Below, piece by piece: positions 38,597-47,296 of a stretch of DNA of 64,000 bases. Position numbers and translations under genes: made by a program. The DNA is from Cenarchaeum sp. (GTDB lineage Archaea > Thermoproteota > Nitrososphaeria > Nitrososphaerales > Nitrosopumilaceae), in NCBI GenBank assembly GCA_963693095.2, contig OY843768.1, positions 416,001-480,000 on the forward strand, given 5' to 3'. How positions within the stretch are numbered: the first letter of the stretch is position 1; the number at the start of each line of letters is the position of its first letter. Under the pieces are notes generated by a model, which saw nothing but the letters and a program-made list of their open reading frames with translations, did no database searches and was not told the origin of the DNA.

Positions 38597-39265
38597 ATGA
38601 TCATCGTAAACTGCAAGAACTATGCCGAGGCCACGGGGCGCGGACTCGCCAGGCTCGTGCGCGCCGCCGAGGCCGCATCTGCGCGCCACGGGACGCGCAT
38701 AGCAATAGCGCCACCCCCGCACCTCCTCTCGTCGGTCCACTCGCGCCGCGTCCTCACGTTTGCGCAGCATGCCGATGACAGGGACACCGGCAGCACCACG
38801 GGATACGTCGCACCCGAGCTCCTCCATGCAGCCGGCGTGTCCGGCTCGATCATAAACCACAGCGAGCATCGTGTGCGGCCCGCCGAGCTGCGCGCCGTCA
38901 TATTGCGCCTGCGCGGACTAGGCATGACGTCGATCGCCTGCGCGCGCAGCGTGGCAGAGACTGCAAAGATCGCCTCACTTGGCCCGGATTATGTCGCAAT
39001 AGAGCCACCATCGCTCATAGGGTCTGGGATCGCAATATCGCGCGCACGCCCCGGCCTCATCCGCGACGCCGCAGCAGCACTCGCGCGCAGCCGCGCACGC
39101 CTCCTGTGCGGCGCCGGCATTGTCACCGGAGAGGACGTCTCACGCGCCATCGAGCTTGGCTCAGAGGGCATACTTGTGGCAAGCGGCATCGTGCGCGCCC
39201 GCTCCCCGGCGCGCGCCCTCTCCGAGCTTGCATCGCGCATGCCGCGAACCGGCCGGCGCGCATGA
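38597..39265 (+). CDS. tpiA: Triosephosphate isomerase (archaeal type)
   Basis: MIIVNCKNY, AQH, NHSEH, AIEPPSLIGSG, LCGAGI, GILVASG. Confidence 0.96.
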   Translation: MIIVNCKNYAEATGRGLARLVRAAEAASARHGTRIAIAPPPHLLSSVHSRRVLTFAQHADDRDTGSTTGYVAPELLHAAGVSGSIINHSEHRVRPAELRAVILRLRGLGMTSIACARSVAETAKIASLGPDYVAIEPPSLIGSGIAISRARPGLIRDAAAALARSRARLLCGAGIVTGEDVSRAIELGSEGILVASGIVRARSPARALSELASRMPRTGRRA

Positions 39266-39427
39266 CGTGCCCTGCCTGTGCGGCGTCGGCTTGACCTCAC
39301 TGCGGCCCTGCCTGAATTGCATGGTGTCCGCGTCCACATTTGGGGCTCGCGGCTTGTGGGTGTGGCCCACGTGGGCGTGCCCCCGCCGGCACGGGAATGA
39401 GTTTATAACCGCATTTGGAGGCTGCGC

Positions 39428-39865
39428 ATGGCATTGAGCGAAGAGAGGGCACAGCAACTCTACGAGCACGTCGCCGCACTAGAGTCGCAATACTCGGAGA
39501 TTGTCCGACGCGAGTCGGCACTCGCCAACGCGCACCGTGACGCGCAGGCCGCAGCAACGACGCTGCGCGCAGCAGACGGCGGCTCGGCCATCGACGCGTT
39601 CATTCCTGTCGGCTCTGGCGTCTTTTTTGGCGCACGCGTGGAGAATCCTGACAGGGTGATCATCGACATTGGGGCCGGAGTCGCCCTCTCCAAGACCCGC
39701 GCGGCTGCCCTTGACCTAGTCGAGGGGAACATAAAGGAGCTCGAAGTCGCACTCGGCCACGCAGCCGAGAACAAAAAGCAGATCGCCGGACAGATGCAGC
39801 AGGGGCGCATGGAGCTTGAGCGCATAGCCCACTCTGCGATGGCCGACGCAGGGAGAAATGTTTGA
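39428..39865 (+). CDS. pfdA: Prefoldin alpha subunit
   Basis: Coiled coils flanking FIPVGSGVF and VIIDIGAGVAL hairpins; upstream of ftsY. Confidence 0.92.
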   Translation: MALSEERAQQLYEHVAALESQYSEIVRRESALANAHRDAQAAATTLRAADGGSAIDAFIPVGSGVFFGARVENPDRVIIDIGAGVALSKTRAAALDLVEGNIKELEVALGHAAENKKQIAGQMQQGRMELERIAHSAMADAGRNV

Positions 39866-40778
39866 GGGCCTTCGCGGGACGCTCTCTGGCGTTGCGCGGG
39901 CCATAACGGAGAAGGAGATTGACGGCGGTGACGTTGATGCCGTCATGGCCGAGCTTGACATTGCCCTCCTGGAGGCAGACGTCGCAGTTGATGTCATTGA
40001 CTCGATAAAGTCCGACCTGCGCAAGGCGCTCACCGGCTCGTCAGTAAAGCGGGGGGACGTGGGGGAGTTTGTGCGCGACAGGCTAGTTGGGTATGTCACC
40101 GACGCATTTGCGGCTACCGGAACGATTGACCTCACAAAGATGATATGCGCAAAGCGTGGCTCGGGCTCCCCGTTTGTAATTGTGTTTGTGGGGATCAACG
40201 GCACGGGCAAGACCACGACGCTCGCAAAGGTTGCCCATGCGCTTGCCGCCTCGGGCGTGACGTCCGTAGTCGCCGCCGCAGACACGTTTCGGTCCGGCGC
40301 AATCGAGCAGCTTCGCGCGCACACTGATGCGCTGGGAATCCACCTCGTTGCGCAGAACTATGGCTCCGATCCGGCCGCTGTCTCGCGCGATGCCGTCCTC
40401 TATGCGCGCTCGCACGGCGTGGACTGCGTGCTAGTTGACACTGCTGGGCGCATGCAGACCAACCGCAACCTCATGGACCAGGTCACCAAGATAGTCTCAG
40501 TCACGTCCCCTGATCTAAAGGTCTTCGTCGGCGACTCGCTTGCGGGCAACGACACGGCAAGCCAGGCGCGCGAGTTCCACTCGCACGTTGGAGTTGATGC
40601 GGCAATCCTCACAAAGGCCGACGGCGGCGGCGGGGGCGGCGCGGCCCTCTCGATAGTGAGCATAACCTCGGCGCCCATCATATATGCCGGCACGGGGCAG
40701 GAGTACGGCGACCTAGATGCCTTTGACTCGCGCGCCTTTGTCGACTCGGTCTTTGGCGCAGGGGGGGACACGCCGTGA
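39858..40778 (+). CDS. ftsY: SRP receptor FtsY
   Basis: GINGTGKTTT, DTFRSGA, DTAGR, LTKAD, GTGQ. Confidence 0.97.
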   Translation: MFEGLRGTLSGVARAITEKEIDGGDVDAVMAELDIALLEADVAVDVIDSIKSDLRKALTGSSVKRGDVGEFVRDRLVGYVTDAFAATGTIDLTKMICAKRGSGSPFVIVFVGINGTGKTTTLAKVAHALAASGVTSVVAAADTFRSGAIEQLRAHTDALGIHLVAQNYGSDPAAVSRDAVLYARSHGVDCVLVDTAGRMQTNRNLMDQVTKIVSVTSPDLKVFVGDSLAGNDTASQAREFHSHVGVDAAILTKADGGGGGGAALSIVSITSAPIIYAGTGQEYGDLDAFDSRAFVDSVFGAGGDTP

Positions 40779-41692
40779 GGGCGCACACGCCGTTCCACCT
40801 CCTCACGCTAGGCGAGCTCAGCTCGCGCCAGGCCGGAGCCATCATCGAGCGCGCCAGGCGCCTAAAGCGCTCAAGGCCCGCGCGCACCGCACCGCTTGCG
40901 CACCGCTCGATGGCGATGATCTTTTCAAAGCCGTCCACGCGCACGCGCGTCAGCTTTGAGGTCGCAATGGCCCAGCTGGGGGGACACGCCATACCGCTAG
41001 AGGGCTCTAGGATGCAGACATCGCGCGGCGAGTCGCTAGCCGACACGGCGCGCACGCTATCCAGGTACGTTGATGTCATAATGGCCCGTGTGTATGACCA
41101 TGCTGACATTGAGGAGCTTGCGCAGAGCGCCTCTGTCCCAGTGATAAACGGGCTGTCAAACTCGTTTCACCCGTGCCAGACGCTCGCTGACCTCCTGACC
41201 ATACGCGAGCGCAAGGGGCGACTCGCCGGCGTGCGCGTGGCGTGGGTCGGCGACGGAAACAATGTGTGCAACTCGCTCATACACGGCTGCGCACTGACGG
41301 GCATGGAGATCAGCATTGCGACGCCTGCCGGATTCGGACCGGACTCTGGCGTGGTCAGCTCGGCAAGGGAGAGGATCGCCGTGACAGTTGGCTCGAGTCC
41401 CGAGCGTGCCGTGCGTGATGCTGATGTCGTGGTCACTGACACGTTCTCCTCGATACACGACAGGGGCCCATCGAGAAGGAAAAAGTTCCTGCCGCGCTAC
41501 CGCGTCACTGACAGGCTCATGGCAATGGCCGACAAGGACGCGCTGTTCATGCACTGTTTGCCGGCAAAGCGTGGCGAGGAGGTCAGCGCGTCAGTTATAG
41601 ACGGGCCGCAGTCAGTCGTGTGGGACGAGGCCGAGAACCGACTCCACGCGCAAAAGGCGCTCCTCCTATGGCTGCTCGAGCGGGCGCGCTAG
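40775..41692 (+). CDS. argF: Ornithine carbamoyltransferase
   Basis: STRTRVSF, HPCQTLAD, GDGNNV, FMHCLP, EAENR. Confidence 0.97.
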   Translation: MRAHTPFHLLTLGELSSRQAGAIIERARRLKRSRPARTAPLAHRSMAMIFSKPSTRTRVSFEVAMAQLGGHAIPLEGSRMQTSRGESLADTARTLSRYVDVIMARVYDHADIEELAQSASVPVINGLSNSFHPCQTLADLLTIRERKGRLAGVRVAWVGDGNNVCNSLIHGCALTGMEISIATPAGFGPDSGVVSSARERIAVTVGSSPERAVRDADVVVTDTFSSIHDRGPSRRKKFLPRYRVTDRLMAMADKDALFMHCLPAKRGEEVSASVIDGPQSVVWDEAENRLHAQKALLLWLLERAR

Positions 41693-41811
41693 CGCATGGC
41701 ATCGGCAATCAGGCCGTAGAGAAAGTAGAACGCTATTCCGCCGCCGATTATGGCGACCCAAGCGGCAATGGCGCGTATCCTTGACACGACGCCGGTGCGC
41801 CGAGTGTCCAT
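41689..41811 (-). CDS. Small single-TM peptide
   Basis: MDTRRTGVVSRIRAIAAWVAIIGGGIAFYFLYGLIADAMR; convergent stop overlap with argF. Confidence 0.5.
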   Translation of the reverse strand: MDTRRTGVVSRIRAIAAWVAIIGGGIAFYFLYGLIADAMR

Positions 41812-41814
41812 AAA

Positions 41815-42140
41815 TGAACGTATGCGGGGGTGGCGTCTCGATGCATGATCGTATGCCGACCCTCGCGGCCGACCTGGGGCGGCTTTCGGGGGCACCCGCA
41901 CGAGCATCGCAGGGCGATCCAGACCCTGGACTCCCACGGGGCCCGATCTCCCCACCGTCTGCGGCTGCACCGGTTGCCCACAGCGCGCTCTCACTTTGCG
42001 AGTATCCGCACGCTGTGCGCCATCATGGTGTACAGGAAGCAGAACAGGCGGCATCTCGGGTCGCGACTGCCGGTCCGGACCTGCGCGCTCTCCGGACTCG
42101 CGTAGCCGCTCTCGATTCCCCACCTCCGCGGGTTGGTGGG
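41815..42140 (-). pseudogene. Decayed 3' fragment of an ISH3/IS4-like DDE transposase
   Basis: Own translation RRWGIESGYASPESAQVRTGSRDPRCRLFCFLYTMMAHSVRILAK* (TGA at 41991-41993). Matches the R-W-x-I-E catalytic helix plus 'RT.S....RLF.F' pattern; homologous DNA at 61533-61750. Confidence 0.75.
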
Positions 42141-42306
42141 GTCGTCCTCTAATCTGCCTATTTGCGTTTCGGGCGATCAGGAGGGCGTTTAAGCCCATTT
42201 CGGGCACGTGCCCTACTGGTATCTGGGGGTTACAGCCTTGCGGTGTGATTACTCCTGGTGCTCTGCCTGTGTGCACTAGGCACGACTAGACTAGGATGCA
42301 CTTAAA

Positions 42307-42948
42307 TTGTATCACGGGAAAACCCTGTGTCATGAATCCGTGGTGCGGCAGACTCCTCGTGATCGACACGTACCCCGTAGTTCAGAGAATCGGGGTGCTT
42401 GGCACTTGATACGCGAAAATGGCTCGTATGTAGGCCTAGACGACGCGACGCGCCAAAAATACCTCAATCGCAAGGCAGACTGCCAAATTGAGCCGTTTTT
42501 AAAGATGTTGAGAGTCCATGACCTAATAGAATGTGACGCCAACCCGCGCAAGGCAAAGCTGAAAACACGGATCAAGATTCAGAAATTTGTGTATTTTGCC
42601 CAAAAGTGTTTTGGGTTGGAATTTCGATATAGGCACAAACTGTACATCTATGGGCCATACTCGTCCGAGCTAGCTACTGACTATTTCCGAATCAAGGATA
42701 TAGCAAACATTCCAGATGGCGGACTGGATGACTGGAATCGCCGAGATGAATTCCTGGAATTTGCCAAAACCTATAATGATGAAACTTGGCTGGAGATTGG
42801 CGGCACTCTAGTGTATTTGTACAAGTCTGGCCACAAATCAAAGGAACGTCTGATCAAAAACGCTCACGTGGTCAAGCGCAAATACTCCAAAGAGCACATA
42901 GAAAGTGTTTGTTCTGATCTGCAAAGTGCTGAACTGATAAACCTGTGA
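42307..42948 (+). CDS. SocA/Panacea- or YwgA-like protein (islet 2)
   Basis: RIKIQKFVYFAQ...FRYRHKLYIYGPYSSELATDY and WLEIGGTL; start uncertain (GTG 42340 or later). Confidence 0.7.
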   Translation: MYHGKTLCHESVVRQTPRDRHVPRSSENRGAWHLIRENGSYVGLDDATRQKYLNRKADCQIEPFLKMLRVHDLIECDANPRKAKLKTRIKIQKFVYFAQKCFGLEFRYRHKLYIYGPYSSELATDYFRIKDIANIPDGGLDDWNRRDEFLEFAKTYNDETWLEIGGTLVYLYKSGHKSKERLIKNAHVVKRKYSKEHIESVCSDLQSAELINL

Positions 42949-43511
42949 TCTTTATGAGATTTTTGTGGTGGCTAACACTGGTTGCACTTGACATTGCATT
43001 CATCATTATGGTAATTATATTCGGCTTTCCATTTACTGAGGAGACTATGCAGATCATATTATTCGTAGTGTCTCTTAATGTTGGATTTATTGGAATTTTG
43101 TTGGGGCTAGAAGCTCGCTCAATCTCGCAAAACAGACATACTGCCATAAATAAATACGAGCGCCCGCACATAATTCGAACAATGGATATATTGCTTAGCG
43201 ATATATCAGAAACCATATCTAATATGAAACAATACGACCAGACAGACAAACCCGGGGCACTCACAATTGTTGAGTATGTTCATATGCGTGCTCAATGGCA
43301 TATGGAAACAATACGGTTACTCACACCCCAATTTCTTGATATTGGTTTGTCGGAGCATCATGTGCATTTAGAGAGCGTGCTTGTTGATCTGGGGATCATA
43401 GGATTTCCGGGAAAATCTTTCGACATGGGTGAACTTGTGGACATCTTTGACATGGTAATGGACAGTGTTTTTCAGGTAAGGGAAGACATGACAAATTCAC
43501 CAGATCTATAA
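42945..43511 (+). CDS. Hypothetical protein with two N-terminal TM helices (islet 2)
   Basis: GTGA overlap with the upstream gene; two hydrophobic helices then a soluble helical domain; AT-rich. Confidence 0.7.
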   Translation: MIFMRFLWWLTLVALDIAFIIMVIIFGFPFTEETMQIILFVVSLNVGFIGILLGLEARSISQNRHTAINKYERPHIIRTMDILLSDISETISNMKQYDQTDKPGALTIVEYVHMRAQWHMETIRLLTPQFLDIGLSEHHVHLESVLVDLGIIGFPGKSFDMGELVDIFDMVMDSVFQVREDMTNSPDL

Positions 43512-43918
43512 GCTGCTATAGATTAGATTTAACTGCTGTTCACGCCTGGGTCACAATTCATGTAAATGTGAGATCCTGCAGAAAACACAACAAGATTGCG
43601 TTTTGAACATGTGCTTTTTTAGGTGGTTATTTTGCAGAGTCAGTGTTGTCTAATATGCGCACGGGCGTGCCGCACAAATAGTGCGAGCAATAATGCCTTT
43701 TAGACCTGCCCCGTCACTTGCGTCAATCGCCACGGAGCGTTGCTGTGTGGGGACACATTGGGCGCACTTACCCCTGGCGCGCCAGGGATCAGATGCCTGT
43801 TTTATGGCCTGCATTGCGCTCAGAGCCAACTGCGCGGCCATGATCATGGAGAATCTGCGTCGGGGCCTGCGCGGCCACCTGCGGGCGCGCGTACACGCGC
43901 GGCACGGGGATTTGGTGG

Positions 43919-43993
43919 CGGACCCGACCGGACTCGAACCGGCGACCTAGCGCTCCGCAAGCGCTCGCACTATCCATGCTATGCAACGGGTCC
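43919..43993 (-). tRNA. tRNA-Arg(GCG)
   Basis: GGACCCG acceptor, anticodon arm AGCGC-TTGCGGA-GCGCT, T-loop TTCGAGT. Confidence 0.96.
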
Positions 43994-44065
43994 GGCGCGA
44001 GGCCGCAAACGCCTCTTAATGTTGTTTGCGCAGCACCTACGCACAGGCGGGACAGGAGGGGTGGG

Positions 44066-44140
44066 CGGACCCGACCGGATTCGAACCGGCGACCTGGCGC
44101 TCCGGAAGCGCCCGCACTATCCATGCTATGCAACGGATCC
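44066..44140 (-). tRNA. tRNA-Arg(CCG)
   Basis: GGATCCG acceptor, anticodon arm GGCGC-TTCCGGA-GCGCC, T-loop TTCGAAT. Confidence 0.96.
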
Positions 44141-44231
44141 ACCCCGAGCCCAGCAGAGGCCGCTTTATTCTGTTTGCCCCGCGTGCTCTCTGGCGCGAGG
44201 GTTAATAGAATCAGCCCGCTGCGGCCGGGCC

Positions 44232-44618
44232 ATGAGGACGTACACGGCGCTGCTCATCGCCGGCGTGGCGGCCATCGGCGTGATCGCCACAGTCGTGGCA
44301 GTCGACATTGGGCGCATCACGATCGCAACGCAGGACTATGACATCCGCGTGGACCCCATAGTCGACAGGCAGAACCTCTTTACGACGGCCAGGGTCACGG
44401 TCCAGAACATCGGCGCACGCGACCTCTCTGGCGTGACGGTCAACTTTGGCGGCGGCGACACGCTCCTCATCGGAGGCCTGGCAGCCGGCGAGCAGATGAT
44501 AGTCTCACCGCCGGAGGGCAACGCCATGGAGATGGTCGTCGTCACTGCAGACGGCGGCGTGCTTGCAGTCGGCGAGTACCGCGAGCCGCCAAAGATGGTC
44601 GGCATGATGGGCTCCTAG
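44232..44618 (+). CDS. Hypothetical membrane-anchored beta-rich protein
   Basis: ATG 44232 after a TTAATAG box; N-terminal TM helix, 'VTVQNIG' CARDB-like strand pattern. Confidence 0.7.
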   Translation: MRTYTALLIAGVAAIGVIATVVAVDIGRITIATQDYDIRVDPIVDRQNLFTTARVTVQNIGARDLSGVTVNFGGGDTLLIGGLAAGEQMIVSPPEGNAMEMVVVTADGGVLAVGEYREPPKMVGMMGS

Positions 44619-45482
44619 TCAGCGGCTTACCTGCATTGCAATGACTGTTGACATTATCTTTGCGGCCAGGGCTGCAGTGGAGCCGTTGTCGCAGGCGGGG
44701 TTGAGCTCGACAATGTCGGCGCAAACAATCCTGGACTCGCGCAGCGCACCGACCATGGAGAACAGCTCGCGTGATGTCATGCCGTCAGCCTCGGGATTGC
44801 CCACTCCGGGCGCGTATGCGGGATCTAGCGCGTCAAGATCAAAACTCGCATACGCAGAATCGTACGACGAGAGCGCGTCGGCGATCATGGCCGGACCCTT
44901 TCCGTTGCGCACGTCAGCCTCCGTGACAGTCGTTATCTTGCTCTCAGAGAGAAACGCGAGCTCCTCGGCTGCAAATGCCCTTGCGCCGACATGGACGATC
45001 CCCTCGCCGCCCCTGGCCTCGACTAGCCTGCGAAGGTATGACGCGTGGCTCTGGTGTGCGCCGGCGTACGAGTCCCTGAGGTCATAGTGCGCATCAAAGA
45101 CGACGTATCCGGTGTCGGCGCCAAACTGCGCATAGCTCCCAAGCGTCAGCAGGTGCTCGCCGCCGAGTATGACAGTCGGCATTGCGCTAGCTGCAAGCTC
45201 GGATGTCACCCTGCCGACCATCTCTAGCATCTCTGAGGCGACTACGGTCTGCTTTAGGTTCCCGTGGTCTGCGATGGCGACGCCCTCGAGGTCAACGCCG
45301 AGGCTGGCGTGAAACACCTCTATGTTGTTGAACGCCTCGCGTATGGCGTCCGGACCAAAGCGCGTGCCCGGCCTGTACGAGTGCGTCGAGTCAAAGGGCA
45401 CGCCAAAGACTGCTGCCTTCGCCTCGCCGTCGCCTCCCACAATGAGCGGGCCGCCGCCAGAGTACAGCTCTAGATAGCTCAA
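44619..45482 (-). CDS. speB: Agmatinase
   Basis: GVPFD, GTRFGP, GGEH, DAHYD, SFDLDALDPAYAPGVG, IVELNP. Confidence 0.95.
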   Translation of the reverse strand: MSYLELYSGGGPLIVGGDGEAKAAVFGVPFDSTHSYRPGTRFGPDAIREAFNNIEVFHASLGVDLEGVAIADHGNLKQTVVASEMLEMVGRVTSELAASAMPTVILGGEHLLTLGSYAQFGADTGYVVFDAHYDLRDSYAGAHQSHASYLRRLVEARGGEGIVHVGARAFAAEELAFLSESKITTVTEADVRNGKGPAMIADALSSYDSAYASFDLDALDPAYAPGVGNPEADGMTSRELFSMVGALRESRIVCADIVELNPACDNGSTAALAAKIMSTVIAMQVSR

Positions 45483-45648
45483 TGCCTGCGCACCGCAGCG
45501 CCCAACTATAACAAACTATTGCCGATGCCCCGCAGGCCTGCTGTGTCGTGAGACGTGATATGGCCACCACGCTTGCGCGCATCCACGCCACTGCCACGTG
45601 CGCGCGGGCGCGAAACTGTTTTTAGAGCGCCTTGCGGCCGCCGTGGGC

Positions 45649-46377
45649 GTGGAGATTCAGCAGGCATACCGTGAGCTCGACGTTGGCGAGTCGTTCACGC
45701 AGGACGAGATAAAGGCAAAGTACCGCAAGCTCGTCCTCGAGCTCCATCCTGACCGCAGCGGGGCGCAGACTGGCGAGCGCCTCGGGAGGGTTACTGAGGC
45801 ATACCACACGCTAATGGAGTCCTCAGGCCACCGTGCGGCCGCACGCGAGCAGCGCGAGGCGCAGGGCGCACGCAACGCGAGTCGCCAGACGCCCCACGCG
45901 CAGCGGCGCGGCATGGCCGGAAGGGCCGACTCGGAGACGCCCACAGAGGACTGGTCGAGGTTCACCTCGGAGTTTGAGGCCGACGAGTCGTTCTGGAAAG
46001 AGTACGAGCGCAACTTTTGGCAGGATTACGAGAGGCGGCGCGCCGACACGTCCGGCGAGCCGGCCGAGCAGTCCGCCGGCGACGATGCGCAGGGGCAGGA
46101 TGCCGAACCGGCGCAGCAGCCGACGGCGCGGACGCGTGCGGTTCCGCGCATGGACGTGAACATCGACAAGAGCCTATGCATTGGGTGCTGCAGTTGCGAG
46201 ACTATCGCCCCGTCGGTGTTCTGCGTCGACAAGGAGTCGCAGGTGAACCCAAAGTCCAGCGTGACAGACCCCCTGGGTGCTGATGCAGAGACCATAATGG
46301 ATGCCGCCGAGACGTGCCCGACAAAGGCCATCATTGTCAACGATGTGGCCAGGCGCAGGCGCATATACCCGCTCTAG
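45649..46377 (+). CDS. DnaJ-ferredoxin fusion (DnaJ-Fer)
   Basis: J-domain with LHPD; C-terminal ferredoxin CIGCCSC...CPTKAI; start GTG 45649. Confidence 0.92.
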   Translation: MEIQQAYRELDVGESFTQDEIKAKYRKLVLELHPDRSGAQTGERLGRVTEAYHTLMESSGHRAAAREQREAQGARNASRQTPHAQRRGMAGRADSETPTEDWSRFTSEFEADESFWKEYERNFWQDYERRRADTSGEPAEQSAGDDAQGQDAEPAQQPTARTRAVPRMDVNIDKSLCIGCCSCETIAPSVFCVDKESQVNPKSSVTDPLGADAETIMDAAETCPTKAIIVNDVARRRRIYPL

Positions 46378-46787
46378 GAATTTCGAATCGCGTCAAGCTC
46401 GGATGCGAGATCCGCGTCATCTGCCTTTGCCCCGGCGGCGCCGAACATGGAGTGGACAGGTCCGGCCCCGTCACTGGCGCTTCGCGGTATTATGTGAACG
46501 TGGACGTGCCCGACCTCCTGGCCTGCCAGCTTGCCGTTGTGGACTGCGACTAGCGCATCGCCGTGGAGGCGTCTGATGCGTGCGGTGACGCGCCTGGCAA
46601 GCTCAAACGTGGCGGCGCACTCGGCCTCGCCCATCTCCTCCATGCGCTCCCTGTGTGCCCTTGGCACTACTAGGGAGTGGCCGCGCGCAAGCGGAAACGC
46701 GTCAAGGAATGCGATCGCAAGGTCTGACTCTTCTATGACGTGCGCACTGATGCCACCTGATGCAATCTCGCAAAATATGCACGCCAA
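46374..46787 (-). CDS. HIT family hydrolase
   Basis: CIFCEI, GHSLVVP, GQEVGHVHVHIIPR. Confidence 0.96.
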   Translation of the reverse strand: MACIFCEIASGGISAHVIEESDLAIAFLDAFPLARGHSLVVPRAHRERMEEMGEAECAATFELARRVTARIRRLHGDALVAVHNGKLAGQEVGHVHVHIIPRSASDGAGPVHSMFGAAGAKADDADLASELDAIRNS

Positions 46788-46794
46788 TGGGCGC

Positions 46795-47076
46795 TCACCG
46801 AATTTCCGCTATGCGTGCCCACGCAAGATCCTTGCCATAGACTATCGTCACGTTGGTTCCGACCGGCACGTCGCACCCTGATATCGTCTTTGGCACGCCG
46901 TCTGCCGAGTCCGCATAGCACACGCCGTCAGCGCTTGCGAGGATCGTCGTGTCCTCATACACGTCCTCGCGTATGAGGTTCCAGAATGGAAAGACTAGCG
47001 TGGCGATGACTATTCCGGCCCCCGCTATGGCGCCAAGAAATATGATCATGTGCTTTTTGGACTCGCTGATCTCCAA
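46795..47076 (-). CDS. Small membrane-anchored hypothetical protein
   Basis: TTG start, MEISESKKHMIIFLGAIAGAGIVIATLVFPFW; only the 3' part of the listed 264-aa ORF looks real. Confidence 0.7.
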   Translation of the reverse strand: MEISESKKHMIIFLGAIAGAGIVIATLVFPFWNLIREDVYEDTTILASADGVCYADSADGVPKTISGCDVPVGTNVTIVYGKDLAWARIAEIR

Positions 47077-47078
47077 GT

Positions 47079-47243
47079 CTACCACATCCCGCCGTCGCCG
47101 CCCTGCGCGTCGGGCTTTTTCTCCGGCACGTTGCCGTGGGCCTTCTTGGCGTGGCGCGCGAGGCGCTCTGGCGTGTGGAGCTCCATGCCGCACTCGGGGC
47201 ACTTTGTGCCGCCGTCGTCCTTGTGCCTTCCAAATAGGCCCAT
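47079..47243 (-). CDS. 54-aa C2H2 zinc-finger microprotein (absent from the ORF track)
   Basis: Own translation MGLFGRHKDDGGTKCPECGMELHTPERLARHAKKAHGNVPEKKPDAQGGDGGMW*; shares the TATTATAA box at ~47266 with the divergent gene. Confidence 0.8.
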   Translation of the reverse strand: MGLFGRHKDDGGTKCPECGMELHTPERLARHAKKAHGNVPEKKPDAQGGDGGMW

Positions 47244-47296
47244 GTGCGCCCCCGCGCTGCAAATGTATTATAAGGATATGTGGCGCGCACGCGCCC

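Noticed and set aside
41820-42140. RNase P or SRP RNA
   Set aside because: GC-rich and ~300 nt, but it lacks GAGGAAAGTCC and the SRP helix-8 motif. Transposase-like translation and a second copy at 61.5 kb explain it better.
43740-44231. N-terminal 164 aa of the listed 292-aa ORF with an apparent peptide repeat
   Set aside because: It is the antisense of the two tRNA-Arg genes; the real gene starts at ATG 44232.
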